Positions 11,622 to 23,723 of a DNA stretch of 64,000 nt are shown in pieces. This DNA is from Mobula birostris (Eukaryota). The first letter of the stretch is position 1, and each line of letters opens with the position of its first letter. Position numbers and translations under genes: made by a program. The notes beneath the pieces were generated by a model. That model saw only the letters and a list, made by a program, of their open reading frames with translations. It was not told the DNA's origin and ran no database searches. The stretch lies in the NCBI RefSeq assembly GCF_030028105.1, contig NC_092379.1, forward strand, positions 25,041,821 to 25,105,820, in the 5' to 3' direction.

Positions 11622-11788
11622 ACATTCTGAAATGAGTTTTCCTGCAGCTCCCTCCGCTGGATGTTACCGTATAATTTGCAAACTATCACACTGACGGATT
11701 TCGTTCGCTCACCTTGCTCTACAATCTGTATTGATACCTTACGAGCGAATCAAGCCAACGCAGCAAACGGCAGCATATTCATCACCAT
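10801..11788 (-). pseudogene. Possible decayed antigen-receptor V relic (alternative: decayed non-LTR RT on + strand)
   Basis: 46-nt leader-like exon 11743-11788 (MVMNMLPFAALA*FA + GTAAGG), acceptor tttcag|GA at 11061, GAG GGG..TGT TAT, TAT TTA TAC TTG, and GGG TAT TAC TGA GCA AGA at the end. Needs frameshifts and a ~55-nt deletion, and has no RSS. Confidence 0.3.
11579..11618. repeat. (CA)n microsatellite
   Basis: Direct. Confidence 0.95.
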
Positions 11789-12244
11789 AGCCTTTTTTGA
11801 TCGAGCTGTACCTGGGGTGTGTCTCTAGGGTAGGATTCACGTGGTCTGCCCTTGGATTGGAGGCTGCCAGTTAACTGAGTACGGGCTGAATTAAGGATGT
11901 ATGTAGAACAAAAGGACAGTGTCCACAGCACTGCGCGTCCACGTAGATAACTACGTTTTTAACACAGTGCAGACGCTAGATTTCCTGTTTTGGGGTTTCC
12001 ACGTACCCATGTGAACTAGTCGAGAAGTTGAATGTCTCCCTCATTCCAAGAGTTTGCTCAATATTATCACCGCTGGCCTAACTGCCTATTGGCAGCCTTT
12101 TCTATCCACAGAAAGTGGCAAAGAACATTAGTTCGCAGGTCTAGAAAGTGAAAGAGAAAACACTGATTGTTAATAAGTAATTCAATCATTTATTTACAAT
12201 CAGTAAAACGTCGACCAAACATTCACTTTGCCAAAGTTAAATCC

Positions 12245-12985
12245 AGGAATATGAGATGCCGATTGATTTGGGCGTCCTTGTGCCTAACAGCCTGAATGCT
12301 AACTTGCAGGTTGAGTCGGTGATGAGGAAGACAAATGCCATGTTAGTATACTTTTCAAGAGGTCCAGAACATAAGAGCAGGGATGTGGTGCTGAGGTTTT
12401 ATAAGGCGCTGGTGAGGCCTCACCTCGGGTACTGTGAACGGCTCTGAGCCACTCATCCTAGAAATGGTGTCCTGGCAGAGGGTTCAGAGGAGGTTTACAA
12501 GGATGATTCTAGGAATGAAAGTGTTATCATACAAGGAACGTTTGACGGCTCTGGGTCTGTAGTCGCTGGAATTCAGAGAATGAGGGATGATCTTATTGAT
12601 TTTTTTCGAATGTTGAAAGGCCTAGACAGAGATAATCCGGAAAGGATGATTCCCATGGTGGGAGAATCTACGACAAGAGGGCATAGCCTCAGGATAGAGG
12701 GCGCCCTTTAAAAACAGAGATGTCAAGAAATTTCTTTAACCAAAGGCTGGCCAATTTGTGGAATTTATTGCCACATGCAGCTGTAGAGGCCAGGTCGTAG
12801 GTCGCATTTAAGGCCAAGATTGATAGGTTCTTGATTGCACATTACATCAAATGTTACGAGGAGGAGTCTGGGAACTGGGGATGCGGAGGACATAGATAGA
12901 AAAAAGGATCTGCCATTATTGAATGGCGGAGCAGACTCAGTGGGCCAGATGGTCTAACTCTGCTCCTTTGTCTTATAGTCTCATG
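12245..12985 (+). mobile_element. CR1-like LINE 3' fragment
   Basis: ORF 12256-12447 (DLGVLV..SL....QV..V.RK.NAML..F.RG..Y...VVL.FYKALVRPHL.YC) is a CR1 C-terminal motif. Confidence 0.8.
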
Positions 12986-14281
12986 ACAGCACATTGTTGA
13001 ATCTTCTATTGCATGCAATCAATCAACATACTGAGTTGACAGCTCGCATAGAGGACACCTTCCCAATGACTATGCCCACTGCTTGCCTTAGAGAAGGAAA
13101 TAGAATGAGAACGTTGTCCCACGTCTCTAACCTCCCACTTCCCTCCCCCCCCCCCCCCCCCCCCCACACACACACGTACATACGAACGAGCTCTCTATAT
13201 AACCAGGATATGTGAAACTGGACACAGCGCTGCAAAACCAATGGGAAATGCGGCAGTTTCTATACTGAACTATAATGATGGAATTTCTAAAAGGACACTG
13301 AGGAACACTCCCAAAGAGACACACCACCACTCCAGATATGCGAATGTTATGATTCAAAACTCAGACTAGTGGTTCTCACAAGCTCCTTGAGTTAGTTTTA
13401 AAACACAAGAACACATTGGCCACGACAGTACACCCAATAGTCACATCCCAGTACACTACCGTAGTCTACCAATGCCTCACCCAATACCCAAAAAGCCACC
13501 AGCACCATACAGGAGTATAATAGCAAATTATATGAGCCCTCCACTTGATCTTATATACTGAATCCAATGATCAACCTGTTAGGCGACGTTTCTCGACCTG
13601 TACAAGTCGCAAATTATTTGATGAGCTGGCAATCTAAAGCATTTGAAATCGGTAATCGTGTGATTCTAACCCTGCGATTCATCAAAGGATAGTATTCAAC
13701 GCTTTCTTTCCTTGCAGTATCGAGCTTACCGGCCAGCATGTGGAATGTGCTGATCCAGAGCCCGGTCGTGTGAGTACGGAACCACATATCAACAGCACAG
13801 CGGTGTGAAAAACACGGGGGTGCTTAGGAGCTGTATAACTAGCAAGTGAAATTTGGCGTTTAACAATGACCCGCCTTCACACCACGATTTAGCACAGTCT
13901 CGGGAGTTGCAGGTAACTGTTGCAGCCCACAAGTACGATCCACCTTGTACCTTGCACCTGCATTCAACCTACCACGTTGACCAACACTCTGCCTGGCGGG
14001 AAAACTAAGAGCCAGAACATTCCAATTCAACAAATGGAACGCAGACAATCGTTAGCCCTAAAATACATATACTCCAACAGCGACATTATGTGAGTTTACT
14101 TAAGCGTGTGTCGATCCTCTGGGATGAGGTTGGCCGGAAAAGATTTCCCATTCCCCACTCCCCCCAAAAAGAACCTAAAACTTCAATAAGATTCAGAATC
14201 AGATTTATTACTGACATGACGATTGAAACTTGCTAAATTCGCAGTAACAATTCAATGTAATACCTAATATAGAAGAATATA

Positions 14282-14458
14282 NNNNNNNNNNNNNNNNNNN
14301 NNNNNNNNNNNNNNNNNNNNNNNNNNNNNNNNNNNNNNNNNNNNNNNNNNNNNNNNNNNNNNNNNNNNNNNNNNNNNNNNNNNNNNNNNNNNNNNNNNNN
14401 NNNNNNNNNNNNNNNNNNNNNNNNNNNNNNNNNNNNNNNNNNNNNNNNNNNNNNNNNN
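14282..14458. other. Assembly gap (177 N)
   Basis: Run of n. Confidence 1.
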
Positions 14459-14759
14459 GTAGTGACCATGGGTTCAATGTCCATTTACGAAACTGTCTGC
14501 AGAGGGGGAATAACCTATATCTGCGTCCCACTGAGTGTGTGCCTTCAGAGTTCCGTACCTCCTCTCTGATGGCAGCAATGAAAAAAGGGCATGCCTTATG
14601 TGCTGAGGTACATAATTATGAACACTGCTTTTCTGAGGCACCTTTCTTTGACGATGTCCTGAGCACTTTGTAGGCTTGTACGCAGTATGGTATCCACCAA
14701 ATTTACGACCCTTTAATTTTACGAGAAGTTGTATATTTACCATGAAATTATTTTTCCTT

Positions 14760-16100
14760 GTCAAAGCTATCAATATCAGTGGCATTTCCTCCGCGATGTA
14801 AGAACCAATCTTTATACAAATTAAGCAATCTAACACGTTGTTCCAGTGTGTAGATTCAAATATCATCCCCGAGGATGTATTGTTGCATCTCCCAGCACAA
14901 ATCAGCACCCAACAATTTGTCGTTTTGTATTGCAAGGGGAGCAAAATGCATTATCTCCTAATTAGAAGATTCAAAATGGCAACAGATCCAGTAGAATTGC
15001 TCCCGAGGTTTTCAGTCTCAAATTAAATGTGGGCTTCTCATATCCATAATGTTGTTGCCCACATTTCTACTCTACAATCTAAATTTTCATTTCACCAGCA
15101 TACAAAGCGAGTCCCGCTCAAAATAGAGAGAAAATAGAACAGCAACAGCAAGAACGACAACAACAAAAAAAAATACAATCACACTGGGAAACGAGGAACA
15201 GAAACATAACATATTAAGACACAATATGCACAGACAGGATAACAGAAAAAAGAGACAATTACAAAAACAAACAGCAATGTAACAGACAAAGGAAACAGTG
15301 AAACAACGGACAGATTAAACACAAAAACAAAGCCGAGGCTGTACTCCTTCTTAAAAATTACAACATCCAGCTATCTTCCTACAGAGAAACATCACACTTA
15401 TCAAAACAACAGGGAATGAAAAAAGTAACTGGCCGGGGCACAACACAGTAACAGAGTTGCACACAGACACACACAGAAGCACACACACACAAAGACTGAA
15501 GCCTGCGGCGACACATCACGTTTCAGTGCATTGAAAATCTTGGCACTTTATTTAACCGGGGGGGGGGGGAGGGCGGGAATGCAGGGCGGATGATATCTTT
15601 GATAAAACAATAAGGTTCTAACTGCCCCTTGATTGCCACTGATGGCGACGGTCAGACGCCGCCATTTTAAATTTTTATAGAGGGTTGTAAAATCAATCAT
15701 GAATGCAATGTGAGGAATCTAGCAGAGTAAAAAAGGAGCTCTTCTTTGCAGAGGATTGAAGGATATTTTTTTCACCTCAGAAGTCTCCGTCCCTTCATTC
15801 CACGGACAATACATTCTTCACATTGCATTCACGTTCGGTAAAGGATCCTCGGTTTACATGCTCCCCCAGGTCCCAGGCTTTGAACAAAACTATAACAATT
15901 TCTTTACGGGGCATGTGGGGTCCTTCTCCCCGCAACCCCCTTCCCTATTGCTTACTCATTGTTCGTCTTTGGGTACATATACACACTTCTTCATACTTAA
16001 ACTTTTTAATTGTAGAATTACTTTGCCTTTGCTGAGACCAACATACAACGCTATTTACAACGACACTACAACTTATGTTGGAAAATCTGCCTCTTTAACG
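14760..16100 (-). mobile_element. Possible decayed L1/Tx1-like LINE 5' region and endonuclease remnant
   Basis: Minus strand GSVAILNLLIRR resembles the L1 EN motif GVAILI.K; A-rich spacer at 15100-15500. Confidence 0.3.
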
Positions 16101-16283
16101 AGTCCAGAATGATACTACATTTATGGTACAATTCTGTGAAAGAACCTACCGGTGTGGAACTTTACTGCGCCCCCCACAACCTTCTAATGTGCTCCAATCT
16201 GCTCGGAATTTTACATTCCATTCAAAAGATTGGGTACAGAGGTTTAACTGCAGCGCTTACACGAACCCACGGTGATGCTGTGA

Positions 16284-16552
16284 GGCGACACGGTACCGTA
16301 GCGATTAGCTACCAGCGACGCGGTTCAATTTCCGCTGCTTTTGGAAAGGAGATTTTTGCACTCTGCCCGCGGACGCGTGGGTTTCCACTGCGTGACACAG
16401 ATTCCTCCCATATGCCAAAGACGTATCCGTTGGTCGGTTTATTGGCAAATGTAAATTGTCCCATGATTAGTCTAGGATTAAGCGGCACGATTGCTGGGCG
16501 GCACGGCTTGAGTGGCTGAAAGAAGCAACTCCGTGCTCGATGTTAATAAGTT
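16284..16552 (+). mobile_element. tRNA-derived SINE
   Basis: ggcgacacggtaccgtagcg (A-box-like), ggttcaatttcc (B-box-like), central gcgtgggtttcc..ttcctcccatatgccaaagacgt as in vertebrate V-SINE-like elements. Confidence 0.65.
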
Positions 16553-17951
16553 AAATTATGCAAAGGGTATGCAGGCAGCATTCGCAAAAGGTTATTATCA
16601 CGGGTTGGTACGATAGGCTCCATAATGTATCTATCTGTCTCTTAGCTAGGAACACTTTGGTACCCACCCCATCACGCTCTACTTTCACTTCCGATAAGAA
16701 ACACGTGTCTAAGATCCCTCAAGCGCTTTTTTTCCTGTACCTAAAAATTATTAATTCCTTTGAGGCGAATTTTCTTAGACCAGTTGGTTGTCTCTATGAT
16801 TGTAACCAGTAATTAATGCAGTATCATATCGGTCAATACTGAGACCGTTGACGTTCGTCATCTATAAGAACAACAGGGATGACAACTCTGGTTAACACCA
16901 ATATTGGTGTGTGGTGGCCAGCGAGGAAGTAACCTAAAGCTTCTAGCGCAATCTCAACCAGCTAGAACTTCATGCTGACAGGTGCCAGGTTCTACACTTT
17001 AGGAGATTGAATCGGGGAGATCGTACACAGCAAACGGCATGGCATTGCTGAGTGCGGTAAAGCAATGGGATATTGGAATACAGATCGATAATCTAGTGAA
17101 AGTGGTGTCACGGGTAGCTTGGATCGTAAAGAATTGCTTTTACACATCTGTCTTCATAGATCAAAGTCTTTAGTGGAGGTGTTTTGATGTTACTCTGAAA
17201 TGGTATAAGATGTTGGTGAGGCCTAATTTAGAGTGTAGTGCGCTTTGTTCTTCACTTACCAAGGGGAAAGACGCAGATAGAATTGAAAGACAATAGAGAA
17301 AGTTAAAGACATGTTGGCTGGACTAGAAGACCTCAAAACTTAGGAGCGTTTTTTGAATAGGTATGTATTACCGAGCACAGAGTACTTGGTTGAGATTTCG
17401 GAAACATATGCACATTTATTAGGGCTACAGATGGAGTAAATGCAAGCAGATAGTTTTCAGTGGGTTTGGATAAAACTTCAGCTGAAGGTCTTTGGTTAAT
17501 GGTGAAAGATAGAAGTCTTAAGAGGTACAAGAGGGGAAACAAGCAGTAGCACGGTGGAGTAGTGGTTATCAGTACAACGAGCGTGTTACAATTCCTGCCA
17601 TTATAAATTACCCTCCTACTGTGGAAGGATAACGCTTAGGAAGTTAATTGGTCAAAGGAAATAGTCCAGTGTTCAGTTTATGTTAACATGCAGTTTGCTT
17701 TGCGGTACCTCTCGAAAGGCCGAAGAACGATTTTACGTACTGCAACTCAATAACTCAATCAATAAATAAACACACACACATATATATATATATATATAGT
17801 CGTTTGTAAGATGGATGAATAGCAAGATCTATTTATAGAAAGATAGACAGATACAAAAGTAAATGTGTGTAGAACTTCGTCCCTCAAAGGCTTGTAAGAG
17901 TGTGGGGACGAGATTGCAGTTTAATTGTAGATTGGATTTCAATTTCAAAAT

Positions 17952-18200
17952 TTAACCCTTATATCCTGCTCATGTCAAATTTGACCCGTATCTACTGAAA
18001 TAGATTTTAGATCTCTGAAACTTTAATTGCGGATTAATCACCCATTTATTAATGTCAGATAGGCTATTTATACATTCTGAATAGATCTGTGGTGCAAAAT
18101 TCCGTATAGACACATGTTATGAGGGAATTCTGGGGCCGGGTCAAAATTGATCCGGACCATACTGTGAAGGTATAGAATATGAACAGTAAGTAAAGGTTAA
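17952..18200. mobile_element. piggyBac-like MITE
   Basis: TTAA-CCCTT... and ...AAAGG-TTAA ends; imperfect TIR (atcctgctcat / atgaacagtaag) plus sub-terminal inverted gtcaaatttgacccg / cgggtcaaaattga. Confidence 0.5.
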
Positions 18201-19002
18201 ACGAACTTCCGATACATAGATGGTCGATAGGAGTATAGATGCTATTGTCCGAATGCAGATCGGTGGGACTGGTAGTTCAAAATTTTCGACAGATATTAGA
18301 TAGGCCACTGGGCCTAATTCTCTGCGGTAGTGGTCTGTAACTCAAAAGTCACATATGCAAGGAAATCTCAAATACAACCTGAGTTACTTCCTTTGTTAAC
18401 ACTCGCCATTCTTTAAAAATACGCGGTTTACTTCGTTCACATGAACCAATCTGAAAGTGAATATTTGATGAGAATAAACTCTATTAGATGAGAAATATGT
18501 TTTGTTCTGAATTGTCTGTCAAACAATCCTCGAGAATGAGTGCAGCAGCTGATTGATAAAGATAAGCGGATGAAATTTGAAGCGTATTAGTGTCAGGCAC
18601 ACGGTTTCTCAGAGCAGAAGAAAGATTAGGCACACCGGCTTTCAAAGACGAACTAAAATCACAGAACATGCATTTCTAACGGTCTCAAGAGCAAGCATAA
18701 AGGAAGATGAATGAGTACTCTGGAAATGTATCTTCTTACCCTCTGTAATCGGTGGACTCTTATAGTTATTCCATCCTCAGGTGTATTCCATTTCCAAAAC
18801 TCATGCAAAATACGCAGGAATGGCTATATTCGTTCACACGATTTTTAAATAATCTTGTCATGAATATTTATCTATCCATGTTGCTGAAACAATTGGAGTA
18901 GGTACTTGAAATATGAATTTATCAGTGGTAGTTTCATTGGAGCAAGGGCGAATTAATATAGGTTAGCTGAGTTGTGTCATTGCTTCTTTTTTGCTGGAAA
19001 TT

Positions 19003-20125
19003 TGTGGGATGTGGACATGTACCTCCAGATTCCTCTGCTTCTTCACATTACCAAGTATCCAGCCATGTAATTTGTACTCTGCCTTGGAGTTTGTCCTTCC
19101 AAAGAGTACAACCTCATACTTCTCCTGGTTGAACTCCATCTGCCACTTCTCAGCCCACTTCTGCATCCTATCAATGTCTCTTTTCAATCTTCGACAGTCA
19201 TCAACACTATCTAAAACACCACCAACATTTGTGTCTTCTGCAAATTTGCCAACCCACCCTTCTACCCCCACATCCAGGTAGTTAATGAAAATCACGAAAA
19301 GTAGAGGTCCCAGAACAGATGCTTATGGGACACCATTAGTCGCAATCCCCCAATCCGAATGTAGCCCCTCCACCACGACCCTCTGCCTTCGAAAGGCAAT
19401 TCAAATCTGAATACACCTGGCTAAACAGCTCTGGATCCTTGTCTTCTGACTTTCTGAATAAGCCTACCGCGTGGAATCTTGTCAAATGCCTTAGTAAAAT
19501 CCATTTAGATCACATCCACTGCACTACCCTCATCTCTATGCCTGGTCACCTCCTCAAAGAGCTCTATCAAGCTTCTTAGACACGATCTGCCCTTCACAAA
19601 GCCATGCTGACTGTCCCTTATCAGATCATGATTCTCTACATGTCCATAGATCCTATCTCTAAGAATATTTTCCAATAGCCTTTCCAACACAGACGTAAGG
19701 CTCACTGGTCTATAATTACCCGGACTATGCCTACTACATTTTTTGAACAAGGGGACAACATTCGCCTCCCTTCAATCATCCGGTACCATTCCAATGAACA
19801 ACGAGGATGTAATGATCCTAGTCAGAGGCTCAGCAATCTCTTCCATCACCTCATGGAGCAGCCTGGGGAACATTCCGTCAGGTCCCGGGGATTTATCCAT
19901 CCTAATGTACTTTAACAACTCCAACACCTCATTTCACTTAATATCAACATGCCCCTGAATATCAACCTCACTCATATTGTCCTCACCATCATGAAGTTTC
20001 CTCTCATTGGTGAATACCGAAGAGAAGTATTCATTGAGGACCTCGCTCACGTCCATAGCCTCTTTGCAGATTGTCCAACCTTTATCTCTAATCGGTCCTA
20101 CCTTCACTCCTGTCATCCTTTTGAT
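19003..20125 (-). mobile_element. CR1 LINE RT fragment
   Basis: ORFs 19505-19750 (NYRPVSLTS..SQHGFVKGRSCL) and 18963-19295 (FAEDT). Confidence 0.88.
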
Positions 20126-20782
20126 CTTAGATATATCGATAGGGAAACCGATGGATAGTTAAAACTTCGTCACTTAAGAGACTGCTGGAAGTATAGCGGG
20201 AACGGCAAGTGTAAGTGTTCGAGAGGGCTCCAATTTTAACGTTAAAGAGAACTTTGGATAGGTCCATGGATGGCAGGATTGTGGATGCTATTGTCTGAAT
20301 ATAGATCGGTGGAACAAAGCAGGTTAAAATTCTCAGCAATGAATCGATGGACCTTTGGGCCAGTTTCTCTGCTATAATCGTCTATGACTTAAAAATCATA
20401 CTTGCAACGAAATTTCATTGAGAAATGGCTGCATTGTAAATGCTCACCATGCTTTAAAAACACGGTGTTTACTTCGTTGAGAGGAACAAGTCCGAAAATG
20501 AATATTTCTAGACATAAACACTAATCGGTGTCAATTGTTTTGAAGTTTCCCTCAAACAATTCTCAGGAATGTATGGGTCAGCTACATGATAAATATATGC
20601 AGCAGATATCTGAGGCGTGTTAAGGAGAGGCATTTGTTTTCGCAGTGCAGCTGAACGATAAAGGACATGGTCATACCAAGGCAAACTGAAAATCACTGTG
20701 CATGTAGTTCCAACGGGATCACGAGTGTGTATAAAGCGCAATAACTGAGCAGTCTCCAAATTTAACTTCCAAATCTTTATAA

Positions 20783-21488
20783 ATCCATAAGACAAGACCC
20801 TAAGAGAAAGGCGCAGAAATCGGCCATTCGGCCCGCCGAGTCTGCTCCGCAATTGTATCCTGAGCTTCTCCATTCTCCCATTTAGTGCCACTCTCCCGCC
20901 TTCTCACCATAACCTTTGAAGCCCTGGCTTCTTAGATACCTACAATCTCTGCCTTAAATGCACCCAATAATTTGGACTCCACTGCCGCCCGTGGCAACAA
21001 ATTCCATAGATTCACCACCCTCTGGCTATAAAAAAAAAAAAAAAAAAATCTTCGGATCTCTGTTCTGAAAGGGCGCCCTTCAATCCTTAAGTCATGCCCT
21101 CTCCTACTAGACTCCCCCACCATGGGAAATTATGTTGTCATGTCCATTCTGTCCATGCCTTTCAACATTCGAAATGTTTCTATGAGGTCTCCCCTCATTC
21201 TTCTAAACGCCAAGGAATACAGTCCAAGAGCGGACAAACGTTCCTCATATGTTAAACCTCTCATTCCAGGAATTATTCTAGTGAATCTTCTCTGAACCCT
21301 CTCTAACGTCAGCATACATATATATATTTTTTTTTAAGTAAGGAGCGCATAACTGCCCACAGTATTCCAAGTGAAGTCTTACCAGTACCTTATAGAGTCT
21401 AAGCATCTCATCCCTACTTCTATACTCTATTCCTCTAGAAATAAAATCCAACATTGCATTCACCTTCTTCACTACCGACTCAAACTAG
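20783..21488 (-). mobile_element. CR1 LINE 3' fragment
   Basis: ORFs 21278-21472, 21130-21315 and 20932-21123 are CR1 C-terminal motifs; ccataagacaaga tail. Confidence 0.85.
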
Positions 21489-22431
21489 AATTTGTATGTG
21501 CTTAAAGACACTCTGTGGCAGATAAGGTGATGCAAACAGGCAGAATCCATGTTGTAAATTTAGGAAATTGGGTCGAACGTATTAGTGATGAGGGACTGAC
21601 AGATTTACGTGTCCAGAAATGGGAATTTCAACAAAGTTATTGATCATCAACGAAAATACAAAGTCCAAAACTGAGATAGTCTGTATTTTAGATAAAAATA
21701 TTTCTGAAAGTTAAACTGCTATTCGGTGGACTCCCAAAGGCGTTGGATCCTCCCGTGAATTTTCTTTACAAAATTCATACTAAATACGCAAAATGCGCAA
21801 TTTGGAGAATCTTGTCATGAATATTTAGAGATCCACTTTGCTGAAACAAATGGAGTAAGTAAACAAACTGTGACATTAGCGCTGGTGGTTTCATTGAAGT
21901 GAAGACCAATTAAGATAGGTTTCCTGAGTTGTGCAGTTTTTTTTTTTCTTTGCTGAAATTTCAAAGTGGAACATTAAGAATGAAAACCAATATGGGCTAC
22001 TAATAGGAGGGACGACTGCACCCTGTATACACTAACTCCTTTACGATGGCATATGCATCTTCACGAAATTCATTTCAGGATGACGAACTAGTATAGTTTT
22101 GTTTCATGATTTTAAATTCTGAGTATTGATTTGGTATGTGGTTCAATACACTCAGTGGCAGATATGGTGCTGCAAGCAGGCTGAATCTATGTTGTAAATT
22201 TAGAAAATTGGATCGAAAGTATTAGTGCTGAGGGACTGACAGATTTATGTGTCCAGAGAAAGGAATTTCAACAAAGGCATTGATCATCAATGGAAATACG
22301 AAATCCCAAACTTAGACAGACTGTATTTTTAGAGAAATATATTTGTAAAAGTTAAACCGAGCATCGTGGCAGGTCGCATCGCGGTTAGGTATGGAAGATC
22401 CAATGTCACGGATCGCCAGACGGTACAGATC

Positions 22432-23723
22432 TGCCATGGTCCGGTCCTTGAAGCCGCATTCCGGTTCACGATCCGGTCCATGGACTAAGGACTCCGGGTC
22501 TTCCAGCTGTCCCTTGCTATGGTTGAGTTACTCATAGGCACCTGATTCATATCTTGGAGATGGGAATATAAGTAGCCTTGGAGTTGATTGTAGGCTGCTG
22601 GTTTGTCTTGTCAAGATCCCCTGGGTGCAACCTGCTGATGGAAGGCTAGAGAGGTCATTTGCCATTTCTAGGCCGCGTTGGTGAACTATCCCCTCATGGA
22701 GCCTTGCTGTCAGTTGTCGGAGCTGTCTTTGCTGTATGGATTCGGCTGTTTCCAGGGCCAGCTGAGTGACTGCCAGCCACTCCTATCTAGGTAGGGATCC
22801 GGCTGTTTCTGTAGACAGCTGAGGTTTCCGAACTGAGACTCGGAGCTACCCGGAACAGAGATGGAACTGCCTGTCGTTCTTTGGTGTTTGCATTCCTTTT
22901 TCCTCGCCTCCATGGGGTAAGTCAGGTCGCTTTTCCGTTGCCCTGCGGGAGCATCTGTATTGTCTTGTCTTTACCTCTGTTCGGTATGTCCGGCCGTTCT
23001 GCCGTTACAAGACGGATTGTCCTGTTCCACCTTGGTGTGGAGAAGAAATTGAGTCCCGGCTTGTATAAGTCCCGGCTCCATATCTATAGACTGTCCTGTC
23101 TCATTTTGGTGTTGTGTTAAAGATGAGTCCCGGCTTTTCGTCGGATAAGTCCCGGCTCTATGTTGATGCATAGTTCCCAGTCTGTCTCCGTGCTCCAGCC
23201 TCCGATTTATCAGCCTCTGCATTCCAAGACCCAAGGCCCCAGCCTGCAGCGAAGCTCAAGACATAAGACCTCAGCCTGCAGACAAGATCAAGAACCAAGA
23301 TCCCAAACTGCAGCCAAGCTCAAGATCCAAGGCCGCAGCCTGCAGCCAATCGCAAGGCCCAAGACCCCAGTCTGCAGCCAAGCTCAAGAACCAAAACCCC
23401 TGCCTGTCTCCAAGCTCTGGACTCTAGACCCCAGCCACGTCCTGTCCAGAAGCCATGCCATGTCTTTGCCTGGTTCTGGGGTCCGAGCCCGACGCAAGAC
23501 CCAGGTTCTGAGTCCTTGTCCAGTGTCGGGCTCAGAGTCGAAGCCTTGTTTCATAATCCTTGGTATCTAGTCTTGGTCCCGCTTTCCCTAGTACAAGTCT
23601 GCGTTCTGGTCCCTGCTGCATGCCTGTATGCTGTCACGTCCCTACTCTAGTCAATTCCTGTTCCTTGTACTTCAGTGTCTGTGTCTTGAATTTGGGTCCG
23701 CCATCAACGCCCCCTTTGTGACA
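22432..23723 (+). mobile_element. Solo LTR, family copy 1
   Basis: TGCCATGG...GTGACA ends; flanks agatc/agatt (5-bp TSD, 1 mismatch); homologous to 35772-37028 and 61548-63059; internal ~27-bp tandem units. Confidence 0.82.

Larger units (their letters stand above)
18215..22358. repeat. Degenerate local tandem duplication blocks, interrupted by CR1 insertions
   Basis: A: 18215-18680 ~ 20275-20705; B: 18748-19000 ~ 21722-21962 (shared aatcttgtcatgaatattta); C: 21490-21718 ~ 22130-22358 (shared gagggactgacagattt). Confidence 0.8.

Noticed and set aside
18768-18841. J-like FGNGIHLRME on the minus strand
   Set aside because: No nonamer at 12 or 23 nt from the candidate heptamer CACACGA, no GT donor after the motif, and the duplicate block (~21740-21800) reads FVKKIHGRIQ without the glycines.
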